From a virus, in IMG/VR virus record IMGVR_UViG_3300035670_000014, positions 32,001 through 96,000 of that record: a stretch of DNA of 64,000 bases. One strand, written 5' to 3'. The notes beneath the pieces were generated by a model, which did no database searches, was not told where the DNA came from, and saw only the letters and a program-made list of their open reading frames with translations. Of this stretch, positions 39,861 through 49,148 are shown one piece after another. The first letter of the stretch is position 1; each line of letters opens with the position of its first letter. The position numbers and the translations under genes are program-made.

Positions 39861-40248
39861 AGTAATCTCCGTAATCAGGTAAAGTTTCAGACAAAGCACC
39901 AAGGGTAGCAAGAACAGAGAACTCAAAAGTGGTAATACCGAAAGGAACAAACTCTAAAAGTCTAATTGAGTTTAGAATGTCAAGTTTATCAAAGTTATTT
40001 ATAAGAACAGATCCATAACTTGTCCTGTCTGCATTAATCACTTTAGTTATTCCTCTTATTTCCCTTACGGCAAGTTCAACAAAAGGTCCCTGAAAAGTTG
40101 GTGGAGATATATATGTTCCATTGGTTAATCCGGCAATGGTTACTATATAGAAATATGCAAGATTGTGACTTCTTGAATACCATGTAGGAAAACAATAGAT
40201 TGAAGAATCATCAAAATCTAATTTAAAGTAAGATTTGTTTTCACTCAT
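39844..40248 (-). CDS. Orphan protein between the two dnaE halves
   Basis: ATG overlaps the end of dnaE-N (ATGAGTGA); its stop overlaps the dnaE-C start. No intein or homing-endonuclease motif recognised. Confidence 0.65.
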   Translation of the reverse strand: MSENKSYFKLDFDDSSIYCFPTWYSRSHNLAYFYIVTIAGLTNGTYISPPTFQGPFVELAVREIRGITKVINADRTSYGSVLINNFDKLDILNSIRLLEFVPFGITTFEFSVLATLGALSETLPDYGDYFGLKN

Positions 40249-41491
40249 CAAGCTCACCACAGAAGTCAAGAGAAACTTTAACTCTACCTGGGTTTAAGAA
40301 TCTTGAAAAGTAAAATCCATTAGCAATGGGGTCCATATGCTTACCAGTAAGACCCAAAGCCCAAGCAAGGAGAGAGCCACCAGATGAACCTCTACCTGGG
40401 CCAACTGGTATGTCGTTATCTTTAGCTATCTTAATATAGTCAGCAACCATTAAGAAGTAAGAGTTATAAGAGCTATCATCAATCAGATCAATCTCGAACT
40501 TTAGTTGCTTCTTATAAGCGGGAGGAATTGGATCAGTATCTGACAAGTTAAGCCTAGACCTGAGGCCTTCAAAGGCCAGTCTCTCAAGCTCATAGAAAGC
40601 TTCCTCGTTTGACATATGGTCAAACTTAATAGGCGGATTCTTAATAGATGAAAAGAAGTAAGAGCTATCTACCATGTCTGCAACATAGCCAGTATTGTGC
40701 ACTGCTTCCTCGGGTATGTTCCATTGCCTACATAACTCCAAAGCAAAGTCTGTATCATACAACCATGCATTGTAGTCTTGTATTGGATACTTAGAATCCA
40801 GATAAGACATGTGCCATCCAATGCACTGAACTAGACCTCTAAGTTTCCATTGATCTTGATCTGACTGGTGGGCGTCAGCAGTAAGAACCAAGGGAACATT
40901 ATGCTTCTTAGAAAGAGGAATAATAAGCTGATCATTAAATTGTTTCTGAAGGTCAACATTATTAACTTGAACTTCTGCAAAGAAGTTATCTCGGCCAACA
41001 ATATCTCTAATCTTCAAGAACCATTCTTCTGCGAGGTCTAACCTGTTAGCTTTAAAGAATGTTGCCATGTGGCTGGATAAGCAAGTAGAAGTAACTATAA
41101 GGCCATCACAATGCTTAGAGAAAGTCTCTATGTCAATACGAGGAAACCTGTGAAAGCCATCACTAAAGGCATAAGTATTAAGCTTAAGTAAGTTCTTATA
41201 GCCTGTCTCATTCTTTGCAAGGCAAAGAAAGTGTCCGTTATTACCCCAGTCCTCATGTGTCTTTTCAGTAGCAGGGCCAAAAGAAAGATAAGTTTCGTTG
41301 CCAATGATTGGCTTAACTCCAGCTTTCTGACAGCCTTTTGCGAATTCTAGAACACCTGATAAAGTACCATGGTCACTTAATGCACAAGCAGTCATGCCTC
41401 TAGACTTGACAACATCACCAATCTTATCCGCTCTCTGAATGCCGTCCTTTAGAGAATTACTCGAATGAACATGTAAATGTACAAATGGCAT
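40241..41491 (-). CDS. dnaE: DNA polymerase III alpha, N-terminal part (PHP domain + start of palm)
   Basis: FVHLHVHS, ALSDHG, KPIIGNE, LAKNETGYKNL, PRID, ADAH, VGPGRGSSGGSL, FSRFLNPGR, then a stop. Confidence 0.93.
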   Translation of the reverse strand: MPFVHLHVHSSNSLKDGIQRADKIGDVVKSRGMTACALSDHGTLSGVLEFAKGCQKAGVKPIIGNETYLSFGPATEKTHEDWGNNGHFLCLAKNETGYKNLLKLNTYAFSDGFHRFPRIDIETFSKHCDGLIVTSTCLSSHMATFFKANRLDLAEEWFLKIRDIVGRDNFFAEVQVNNVDLQKQFNDQLIIPLSKKHNVPLVLTADAHQSDQDQWKLRGLVQCIGWHMSYLDSKYPIQDYNAWLYDTDFALELCRQWNIPEEAVHNTGYVADMVDSSYFFSSIKNPPIKFDHMSNEEAFYELERLAFEGLRSRLNLSDTDPIPPAYKKQLKFEIDLIDDSSYNSYFLMVADYIKIAKDNDIPVGPGRGSSGGSLLAWALGLTGKHMDPIANGFYFSRFLNPGRVKVSLDFCGELDE

Positions 41492-41567
41492 ATTTACCCT
41501 TGAATAAGGAAATACAAGTAGAGATAGCTAAAGAATCCCTACTTGATAAGTATTTAAAGTACTAAAG

Positions 41568-41597
41568 TACTCTATGCAGCTTGACCCGCATAGAGCA
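41568..41597 (-). other. RNA hairpin between phoH and dnaE-N (terminator-like or processing site)
   Basis: Minus strand TGCTCTATGCGG-GTCAAG-CTGCATAGAGTA, a 12-bp stem with G:U pairs, followed by CTTT. Confidence 0.55.
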
Positions 41598-41603
41598 TGC
41601 AGA

Positions 41604-42509
41604 TCACTTAAAGATTTCAATCATCAGGTCAACCAAAGGATGACGCATTACCTTCCTTAGATTTACCCAGGAAGTATAAGGTGACTGAAGATAAAGTGGA
41701 TGATTAACCATAGAGATTAGAGAGTTCTCTCCTTGAAGTCTACGGGATGCTTTATCATCTTGCTTAGTGTCTCCCATGAGTACAAGCTTAGAGTTTTTAC
41801 CTATTCTTGTGCTTAGGGTTTCAAGTTGACGTCGCCCAAGATTCTGGGCCTCATCACATATAACCAAGGCATTGCTAAAGTCAACGCCTCTCATATGCTC
41901 CAAAGGAATAATCTGTATTACGCCTTTGTCAATTAAAGTCTGTATAAATGTAGCTGAATTGTTACCAAGTATTTTGTTAAGTGCGATGTTGTAGCTAATC
42001 ATCTGAGGAGACATCTTCTCAAAGATGCCACCAGGGACTTCGCCCATAGCCTCGTCGTCATCGTCATGCACCTGCGTCCTAGGTTTAGTTAGTACAAGGG
42101 TGTCATAAACTTTATTGGTAAAGACTGAGTCGACAGCAAATGCCATAGTAAGCAAAGTTTTACCTGAGCCTGCATTGCCAGTAATAACATTACATGCAAT
42201 GTCAGGATTGCGAAGAGACAATAGAGCAATCTCTTGCTCTAGATTAGCTGGACGAACTTTAACGCTCTTTCCAATAGTGCCCGAAGGGCTTGGAACAGCA
42301 ACAATAGAGTCAGCTCGATACAAGACTATTTGAGATTTATTACCAGACCTAAAGCATCTATACTGATTGACACCAGGTATAGATAGTATAGCTTCCTCGT
42401 CTGATAAATCAAGACATAAGTTACGAATTTCGTCGTAAGTTATAGATCCATGGTCGTCAAGAAACTTTAAAATAATTGGATCAATTAAGTCCAAAACTAA
42501 TTCTGACAT
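41604..42509 (-). CDS. phoH: PhoH-family ATPase
   Basis: N.EQ.IAL, GNAGSGKT, MGEVPG...EKM.P, MRGVDF...ICDEAQN, TRIG..SKLV.MGD..Q. Confidence 0.9.
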   Translation of the reverse strand: MSELVLDLIDPIILKFLDDHGSITYDEIRNLCLDLSDEEAILSIPGVNQYRCFRSGNKSQIVLYRADSIVAVPSPSGTIGKSVKVRPANLEQEIALLSLRNPDIACNVITGNAGSGKTLLTMAFAVDSVFTNKVYDTLVLTKPRTQVHDDDDEAMGEVPGGIFEKMSPQMISYNIALNKILGNNSATFIQTLIDKGVIQIIPLEHMRGVDFSNALVICDEAQNLGRRQLETLSTRIGKNSKLVLMGDTKQDDKASRRLQGENSLISMVNHPLYLQSPYTSWVNLRKVMRHPLVDLMIEIFK

Positions 42510-42515
42510 ATTTAC

Positions 42516-43718
42516 TCATTGAATATGGTAGTAATTACATGGAACCTTAGATAGATTATTCTTTGGTCCTTTATTAATTACCAGTATATCTAAAGGAATA
42601 TTAATTGTGGTGTCAATAGGTGAGTATACGCCATCGCTTAATAATAAAACTCTAGATACATCAGGTAATGAATCTGCAAGGCTAAGTGCCTCTGTAAAGT
42701 TTGTACCACCTCCTCCTCTAAATTCAGCCTTAAGAAAGTCCGCAAGAGAAGAATAAGAAGATACAACCTTACAGTCAGAAACAATTATCTTTGTGTTTAT
42801 ACCTCTTCTTGTAAAACCCAAAGCAACCTGAAGATAAAGATTATAGTAATCTTTATTAGTTGAACCTGATGTATCTAGAATTAAACAGACAGAGTTATTG
42901 TGATTAACTTTAACTCTACCTGGAAGGGTGTCATGGTATCTATTAATACGAGAGTATGAGTAGTCATAGTCCTGACTATCAGAAAGAAACTCATCGTAAG
43001 GATAAAGCTTAATTAAAAGTGGATTTATCCTTGTAAGAGATACGCCGGAAAGAAAAGAATTATTTGAGGAAGAAGTCTCAGGTAACATGGAGTTACTAAG
43101 AGACTTCATCAAGGAAGCAGAAGATTCCATAATCTTTAGATTAGACTTTAAGTCTATACTCTTGGACTCGTTAATACAAATAATCATATCCGTAGAGTCA
43201 GGAGTATAGTTTTCGTTATCTATAAGTTCCTCAAAGTAAATATCCTCGACAGTATGAGTTTCAAGACTCTGATTTGACTTGAGAAAATAACCAGAAAATG
43301 GATATGTAAAGTCAAGATCAATAGTCAGAATCTTTTGAATCCAAGAATTAATATATCTATCTAGAGCTACATTCCTTCTATATAGATCTTCGACAGTATT
43401 AATTTGATCTTGGACTCTCCATGGGTGACCGAGGAATAAATGAGCTGTCTCATGTAGTATGAGATGTAAAAGTTGAGGATCCGATATTGAGTCTATATAA
43501 GGTGAGTGATAAATGACACTATACTTATTGTCTTTACCGAAGTAAAGACATGCAGTTAGTTTAAAATCACTACCGTACTGAGACTTAAGTGCATCCTCAT
43601 TTTCTTTTGTCATCTCCAGCCAAGGAAGAAGCTTGGCCATTTTAGAAATATCGCCTACTTTATGAGACAATTTCATTAGAGTATTTTTGCAATTCTCAAT
43701 GCGAGAATAAGCAGACAT
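42516..43718 (-). CDS. Zincin-like metallopeptidase + vWA domain protein (DUF2201-like)
   Basis: HETAH (HExxH)...H..R, N.A.D..IN; MIDAS LDTSGS, GGGTNF, LSDG. Confidence 0.85.
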   Translation of the reverse strand: MSAYSRIENCKNTLMKLSHKVGDISKMAKLLPWLEMTKENEDALKSQYGSDFKLTACLYFGKDNKYSVIYHSPYIDSISDPQLLHLILHETAHLFLGHPWRVQDQINTVEDLYRRNVALDRYINSWIQKILTIDLDFTYPFSGYFLKSNQSLETHTVEDIYFEELIDNENYTPDSTDMIICINESKSIDLKSNLKIMESSASLMKSLSNSMLPETSSSNNSFLSGVSLTRINPLLIKLYPYDEFLSDSQDYDYSYSRINRYHDTLPGRVKVNHNNSVCLILDTSGSTNKDYYNLYLQVALGFTRRGINTKIIVSDCKVVSSYSSLADFLKAEFRGGGGTNFTEALSLADSLPDVSRVLLLSDGVYSPIDTTINIPLDILVINKGPKNNLSKVPCNYYHIQ

Positions 43719-44839
43719 TACTTCACCTTTAACATTGAACTGAAATAAGCATCTTGCTTAAGGGTCTTTAGGATTGAGCGACCACTATCAGTTCTTGTTA
43801 TGTAAGTCAAGCAGGCAGAGAATAATTCGGGAGATTCTTTCTTAAGTCCTTGAAGTACAAGGGAAAGATTGGAAGTGTAGGTAACAGACTTCTTAGAATT
43901 TATAATGACGTCCATCAAGTCAGTCTGGCAAATCTCATCAACTATATTAATATAGTCTACAGATATAAGGTCCTTAATCTTGTTGGGATCTTCTAGAAGA
44001 TCTATTACACTTATTTGCTTCTGATAGAACCTTGACAGGTAAATGGCAGTATTAACCTTACCTATCAGGCCGTCAGATAAAGCCTCGACTGCAAGTATGA
44101 AGTCTGTTCCTTCAATGGAAATATTGTTATGCTGAGACCTGTAGGATTCAACATAGTCAAATATTCTCTTAAAGTTTGTCAAAGACCTCGGACACAGAGC
44201 AGAGTAGGAACTTATTGATTCTATATCTGCAGAAGATGTAGCTATAGGTTCAGAGATAGAAAAGTGAGAATAAGATACAAGTGACTTAAACTCAGAATCA
44301 GAAGAATCTAAAGTTGCAGATACAAAAGATTCTTTGTTAGACTCTACATAAACATGAGAGAATCTATTCTTCTCTTGTTCCTTCAGAGGCGAGCCACCGA
44401 ATCTTGCAATGTCGTAATTACCTGCAGCAAAGATTACTGTATTAGCAGGCAAAGGATACTCATGCAGGATTCTTTCTGAAAGCATTTGCATTGAGGCTGC
44501 CCTTTCCTGCTTAGCACCGAGTGGATACTCGTCAAGGAATAATACAAATAATCCTTTGAAGTCAGAAGTAGGAAGCCAGTGTGGCCTTGATCTTCGATTA
44601 ACTTTATGTCCGTTTACTTCTATGAAGTAGGGAATACCCCACTCGTCGGGCTGACAATCAGCTAGGCGTAAATCTACAAACTTTAAGTCAATTTTATTTG
44701 ACTCTGCAAACTTCTTGGCAGAAGATGCGATTATGGAGCTCTTACCTATACCGCTAGGGCCCCAAAAGAAAGTATCAATTTGACATTCTAAAGCAAGAAA
44801 GCATACCTGTTCCATCAGGTCGATGTCAATGGTTATCAA
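43718..44839 (-). CDS. MoxR-like AAA+ ATPase
   Basis: Walker A GPSGIGKS, DLRL, Walker B LFLDE, AAGN, NRF, PRS; coupled to the vWA gene. Confidence 0.88.
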   Translation of the reverse strand: MITIDIDLMEQVCFLALECQIDTFFWGPSGIGKSSIIASSAKKFAESNKIDLKFVDLRLADCQPDEWGIPYFIEVNGHKVNRRSRPHWLPTSDFKGLFVLFLDEYPLGAKQERAASMQMLSERILHEYPLPANTVIFAAGNYDIARFGGSPLKEQEKNRFSHVYVESNKESFVSATLDSSDSEFKSLVSYSHFSISEPIATSSADIESISSYSALCPRSLTNFKRIFDYVESYRSQHNNISIEGTDFILAVEALSDGLIGKVNTAIYLSRFYQKQISVIDLLEDPNKIKDLISVDYINIVDEICQTDLMDVIINSKKSVTYTSNLSLVLQGLKKESPELFSACLTYITRTDSGRSILKTLKQDAYFSSMLKVK

Positions 44840-45953
44840 AAGCAGGCTCCAGGCTAATTAAGCTATCAATATCAGTAGCAGGTATTTGAGCTATCTGCTG
44901 CTTTCTATGAAGGAAATCTCTTGCCTCAATCGGGGGCAAGGAATGGGCAGATGAAAGCTTAGCAAGCAACTCTGAATTACTTCTGAGTAGTTCGTAAAAC
45001 TTATCACCTTGACCCTTAAGTAGAACTTCACCAGTCTCAGGGTCAATAATTGTGTACCACTTGTTTGCGCCAAGTAGGAACCAGGGACTCTTACACCTGA
45101 TAAAGTAATTTATCAGTGACTGAATTCTGTCAATGCCGTAGTTGTGAACTACAGAGAACGTGCAAGTGGCGTGAACCTGAGCAGCTGTCTTACTCTTGAT
45201 AATAGTAGCAACTCTAGTGTCATCTTTAGAGTTAGGCTTTGTAAGTTCTATCCTTACGTCTGGATAGAATACTGCAGCCCTGCCGCCGCTAGCATTATTA
45301 CCTCTAGCACCCATTGGGGTAATGTTAACCCTAAGCTGATTTGCCATCAGGAAGAGAACATTGTTCTGTGCTGCCGAGTTCTTTAGAAACTTAAGAACAT
45401 CTGTGCCGAACCTGGCTAGAGCGCCTACGCTCTGATTGCCGATCTCTTCTGCTTTCTGCTCTGTAGGAGTCTCTATGGCAGCCCATGAATCTATTGCAAT
45501 AACAGCAACAGCTCCTGATTCCATCAAGTCCATTGCAGTATTAACAATCTCTTGGCCGTTAATAGATGGGTCAATGATAACCCGACCTTCATACCATGGG
45601 TCACCAATAAGAAAAGCAGCATACTCTCTGTCGAGAGTACCTTCTACGTCAGCAAGGTAAGCATACTTAGTTGGATACTTCTTCAGTACTTGGGCAATAG
45701 TCTCTAGAATAAGAGTAGATTTGCCGCCTGAGAAAAGGCTCTCTATAGAATACATTCTACCCATTGCAAAGCCACCTCCTAGAAGTGAGTCTAGCTCTGG
45801 GTCATTAAGAGGAACAAGTTCCCAGTCAGGAACATCAAGAGATGACAGCAAATGATTAGTCTTCCTTGACTTAGAAATAGCGTCAATAATGGCTTGAACT
45901 TTTTTAGATTCGTTTGATGAAGTGGGTTTTTCTTCTTGTGCTTTTCTTGCCAT
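44826..45953 (-). CDS. recA: RecA/UvsX recombinase
   Basis: LDSLLGGG...GR, SGGKST, D.EG.LD..YA, IAIDSWAA, VGALAR, ANQLR, SGGRA..FY..VRI. Confidence 0.92.
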   Translation of the reverse strand: MARKAQEEKPTSSNESKKVQAIIDAISKSRKTNHLLSSLDVPDWELVPLNDPELDSLLGGGFAMGRMYSIESLFSGGKSTLILETIAQVLKKYPTKYAYLADVEGTLDREYAAFLIGDPWYEGRVIIDPSINGQEIVNTAMDLMESGAVAVIAIDSWAAIETPTEQKAEEIGNQSVGALARFGTDVLKFLKNSAAQNNVLFLMANQLRVNITPMGARGNNASGGRAAVFYPDVRIELTKPNSKDDTRVATIIKSKTAAQVHATCTFSVVHNYGIDRIQSLINYFIRCKSPWFLLGANKWYTIIDPETGEVLLKGQGDKFYELLRSNSELLAKLSSAHSLPPIEARDFLHRKQQIAQIPATDIDSLISLEPAFDNH

Positions 45954-45960
45954 GAAATCC

Positions 45961-46770
45961 TCAGTATGATTGATCTATTAGTATATCTAGAATCCTGTTA
46001 AACTTACGCTCAAATCTTTGAGCTTTAGCTCCAACACCAGAGTATCCTGAGATATTCCAGTGGCCATTAGAATAGTCAAATCTATTAATAAATTGAGCTG
46101 TATATGGATAAGCAAACTCTGGATTTATTAAGTCGGAACAAGAAGGGCGATTTCTTAACCTCATGCTTCTATTACTAAGGACTTGAGTCGGCCCACATGC
46201 AATGTAGTTTTCCCTGTTAGATATTTCTTCTGGAGTAGAACAGTGATGAGAAACATATGATCCATCTATATCCTGGGTATAGGTCCTACAGTCGCCGTAG
46301 GATTCGTTTGTATAGTTACTTTCGTAGCCGGCAATAATTATTAATCCAGCTGCAGTTGCGTAAGCATCTGGATATTGTCTTGCTGCATTGGCTATGTAAG
46401 TTGCAACCTCATCAAGCTCAGGCTCAGGGAGGAGTCTAATCCTAGCTCTAGGATAGAGACCCTCTTGAACAAGCATGAGATCTATATCTACCATCTTAAC
46501 GAGTGACCTCTTAACGAAGTCCTTTAAGTTATCTGGTGAACTGTAGTTAGACCGATAAGTTGCGTAGTCATCCTGAGATGAATAGTTAGCATCAACAGGA
46601 CATTCAATGTTTTCATAAGTAGGTTGTTCTTCATCAATAACAACTTCTACAGTAGTATCTTGTGTTTCAAGATTATCAGGAACGAGTACTGCCTTTACAT
46701 ACTGAGAGATAAGTAAAATAGTAATCATAAAGATAATAGAAACCAAAATATTTCTTTTATTGTTGTTCAT
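45961..46770 (-). CDS. Membrane-anchored lysozyme-fold / lytic transglycosylase-like protein
   Basis: N-terminal TM; IAGYESNY (catalytic Glu), ACGPTQV, ISGYSG. Confidence 0.6.
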   Translation of the reverse strand: MNNNKRNILVSIIFMITILLISQYVKAVLVPDNLETQDTTVEVVIDEEQPTYENIECPVDANYSSQDDYATYRSNYSSPDNLKDFVKRSLVKMVDIDLMLVQEGLYPRARIRLLPEPELDEVATYIANAARQYPDAYATAAGLIIIAGYESNYTNESYGDCRTYTQDIDGSYVSHHCSTPEEISNRENYIACGPTQVLSNRSMRLRNRPSCSDLINPEFAYPYTAQFINRFDYSNGHWNISGYSGVGAKAQRFERKFNRILDILIDQSY

Positions 46771-46777
46771 TTTATTT

Positions 46778-46996
46778 TTACTTTTCGTTTTGGAAAACTA
46801 GATCAAGAAGCTCAGTATGAGTATACTTCTTGTTGCCTAGCTGAATATAGTTATCTCCAGATTTAACACCCACAGCATAAGAATGAAGTAGATCTGAAGC
46901 ATCAGAAGAAGCTTCCTCTATAAGCAGAAGCAGACTGCTTACTAGCTTAAGTGCATCTTCTTTGTCTCTTATTACTGGCTTAAGTTGTTCACTCAT
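46778..46996 (-). CDS. Hypothetical protein
   Basis: SD GAGGA; 72 aa. Confidence 0.6.
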   Translation of the reverse strand: MSEQLKPVIRDKEDALKLVSSLLLLIEEASSDASDLLHSYAVGVKSGDNYIQLGNKKYTHTELLDLVFQNEK

Positions 46997-47121
46997 TTCA
47001 TCCTCTTTATTAGTTTAAAATTAAAGTTCTCAAGAATCTTGTAATAGAAAGCCTGGTTCTCATTTTGAGCAAGAATAAAGGTACAAATACCCCAGGCAAA
47101 GTAACTGAAAGTTATTAAGGG

Positions 47122-49119
47122 CTAAAACTTAACAACGCATCCAGTAGAGTCGCAGTACTTCTCTCCTACTCCCTCTTCGTTAGAAGACAGAGTCATACTA
47201 GAAGTATCAGTAATAGATGCAAGCATCTCATTATACTTAGCTTCATCTATTGCCTCATATGGAGCCTGGATGTAACCAGTCTCAGAAAGCTTTAAGAAAG
47301 AAATAGTTTTAAGCTCGGAGTCGAAAGCTTCGAGGACAGGCTTAATTTGATTTGCTTCATCTTCCTTAAATGTTACAGTTACACTGACTGAGTTATCAGC
47401 CCAATACTTCTGCAGGTCAGCGCAAAGCTTTACCTGCTCCCATATGGTTACATCAAACTTAGTCTTGGTAAAGTACTTTTCCTTAACAGGAAAAGATACA
47501 ACCATTGCATTAGAACCGTAAGCATCAGGCTCAACATGATAGCCCATCTGGATAAAGTCCTGAACCATGGGATTATCATTAGCAAATCTAATCCGGCGAA
47601 TATAGTACTCACTCTCTGGATAGTGCATACCAGGTGTAGCACCTGCAAGCAAGCTTACAGAACCAGAAGGCTTCACCGTTGTGAGCTTCTTGCTCCTTGG
47701 AATACAGAGCCAATCTGAGTAGGACTCATCCCAAGACTTGATTAAGCTATACAAGTATGATGAATTGTCCATAAACTTTCTATAGCCAAACTTGGCAATG
47801 GCCTGAGTTATTCCTGACTGGCTGATTCCGAGTCTTCTGTTCTTTAGCATTACAGCATTGGTCTTGGGCCAATGAGTATTGGTCAAAGTAACAGACTTGT
47901 TGTAAAGGTAAGCAAGCTTACCTATAGATACAAGCTCCTCAATAGAATCAAGATGAGCAGGGAATATTTCTACAAGGTTACAGAGCTCTCTGTTCTCAAG
48001 AGTAATCTCTGCACAAGGATTTACGCCTTTAACTTTGACATCAAAGTTTCCTTTGCCATCTAAAGTACGGCCGTAATGTCTTGAGTTATCAAGCCAGTGA
48101 AATCCAGGTTCGCCATTGATAACACACTGCTGAGATAGTTCAGAGTAATCCATACCCGGTGTAGCAGTAACAGTATTGTTACTATTCCAGCGCCAAGCAT
48201 AAAGTTTCTCTTGATCATTCTTAAGCAAAGTAAACACCTTATCTTCTGGATCGCCAATAGCAATTGCAGCAGAACGTCTTACGTTACCAGCAACAACACA
48301 TCGACCAATAACATTCTGTGTATCCACGATAAGTTCAGAGTCAATAAGCTGACCTACTTTAGCGTTCCATAATTGACGTATAGTCGTGTGTAAAAGCTTT
48401 AAAGGCTCAGGGCCAGAGGATGTACCTCCAAAGCGAACAATAGCACATCCAGCATCTCTAAGCAAGCTATAGTCAAAGACTACCGTAGCAGTACCATCAA
48501 TATAAGAATTAACCAAATGCTTAACTGATTCAGCCCAGCCTTCTCTGGAATCAGGAATAGTGTAAACAAATGTTTCATTAGGATTAGGAGCCTTAACGTG
48601 TAGGCGTCCAGCACCTAAAGTGTCGTAACCTACACCAATGCCAAGCATAAGGGCATCCATAATCCATTCAAAGATTTCACCTTTGTCTGTTTCAATTGTC
48701 TCAGTAGAAATAAAAGAACAATTATAAAGAGCAGCACCAGTACGCTCCATAACATACCGAGTTCCCATCATCCATAAGCCTCTACCTGGAGGTAGAAACT
48801 TAAAGTTGAACATGGCATCGTACATAGCTTCAGCAGTAGCGTTAGCTTTAGATTCTATCCATGGAAGTCCTGCATTTTTACAGTGATCTTTCTGTATAGA
48901 GAATACACCATTAACTACACGCTGAATGCACTCATGCCATTCTTCTGTCCTTTGTGGATCAAAGGATTCATGCCTCTCTTGCATCCGTCGAGAGTAAGTT
49001 CTCTTGAATGTAATGTATCCTACAGGGCCCCAGTCAATAGACCGGGTAGCATAAGAGTCTACAAAGTCTTGATTAAGTTGAAAGCTAAGATGGGGAAAGT
49101 AGTTAATTTCTTGATGCAT
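47122..49119 (-). CDS. nrdJ: Class II (adenosylcobalamin-dependent) monomeric ribonucleoside-triphosphate reductase
   Basis: TFKRTYSR, PPGRGLW, NCSF, PDSREGW, VVAGNVRRSA, NPCAEITL, CNLVE, TTVKPSG, C-terminal CDSTGC. Confidence 0.93.
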   Translation of the reverse strand: MHQEINYFPHLSFQLNQDFVDSYATRSIDWGPVGYITFKRTYSRRMQERHESFDPQRTEEWHECIQRVVNGVFSIQKDHCKNAGLPWIESKANATAEAMYDAMFNFKFLPPGRGLWMMGTRYVMERTGAALYNCSFISTETIETDKGEIFEWIMDALMLGIGVGYDTLGAGRLHVKAPNPNETFVYTIPDSREGWAESVKHLVNSYIDGTATVVFDYSLLRDAGCAIVRFGGTSSGPEPLKLLHTTIRQLWNAKVGQLIDSELIVDTQNVIGRCVVAGNVRRSAAIAIGDPEDKVFTLLKNDQEKLYAWRWNSNNTVTATPGMDYSELSQQCVINGEPGFHWLDNSRHYGRTLDGKGNFDVKVKGVNPCAEITLENRELCNLVEIFPAHLDSIEELVSIGKLAYLYNKSVTLTNTHWPKTNAVMLKNRRLGISQSGITQAIAKFGYRKFMDNSSYLYSLIKSWDESYSDWLCIPRSKKLTTVKPSGSVSLLAGATPGMHYPESEYYIRRIRFANDNPMVQDFIQMGYHVEPDAYGSNAMVVSFPVKEKYFTKTKFDVTIWEQVKLCADLQKYWADNSVSVTVTFKEDEANQIKPVLEAFDSELKTISFLKLSETGYIQAPYEAIDEAKYNEMLASITDTSSMTLSSNEEGVGEKYCDSTGCVVKF

Positions 49120-49148
49120 ATATATAGAGGGGTTAAGGGGGTTATAAG

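Noticed and set aside
39861-39950. Hydrophobic N-terminal 30 aa of the listed 840-aa DnaE-C ORF as a signal or TM segment
   Set aside because: Artefact of upstream extension into the overlapping gene; the SD supports TTG at 39860.
39600-40290. Intein, group I intron or stop-codon readthrough joining the dnaE halves
   Set aside because: No intein terminal motifs; the three ORFs are in different frames; dnaE-C has its own SD/start and a protein-like leader. Splicing is not formally excluded without RNA data.
49113-49132. NrdR box or cobalamin riboswitch upstream of nrdJ
   Set aside because: CTATATATA matches only the AT-rich core of an NrdR box, and the roughly 25-nt leader is too short for a B12 riboswitch.
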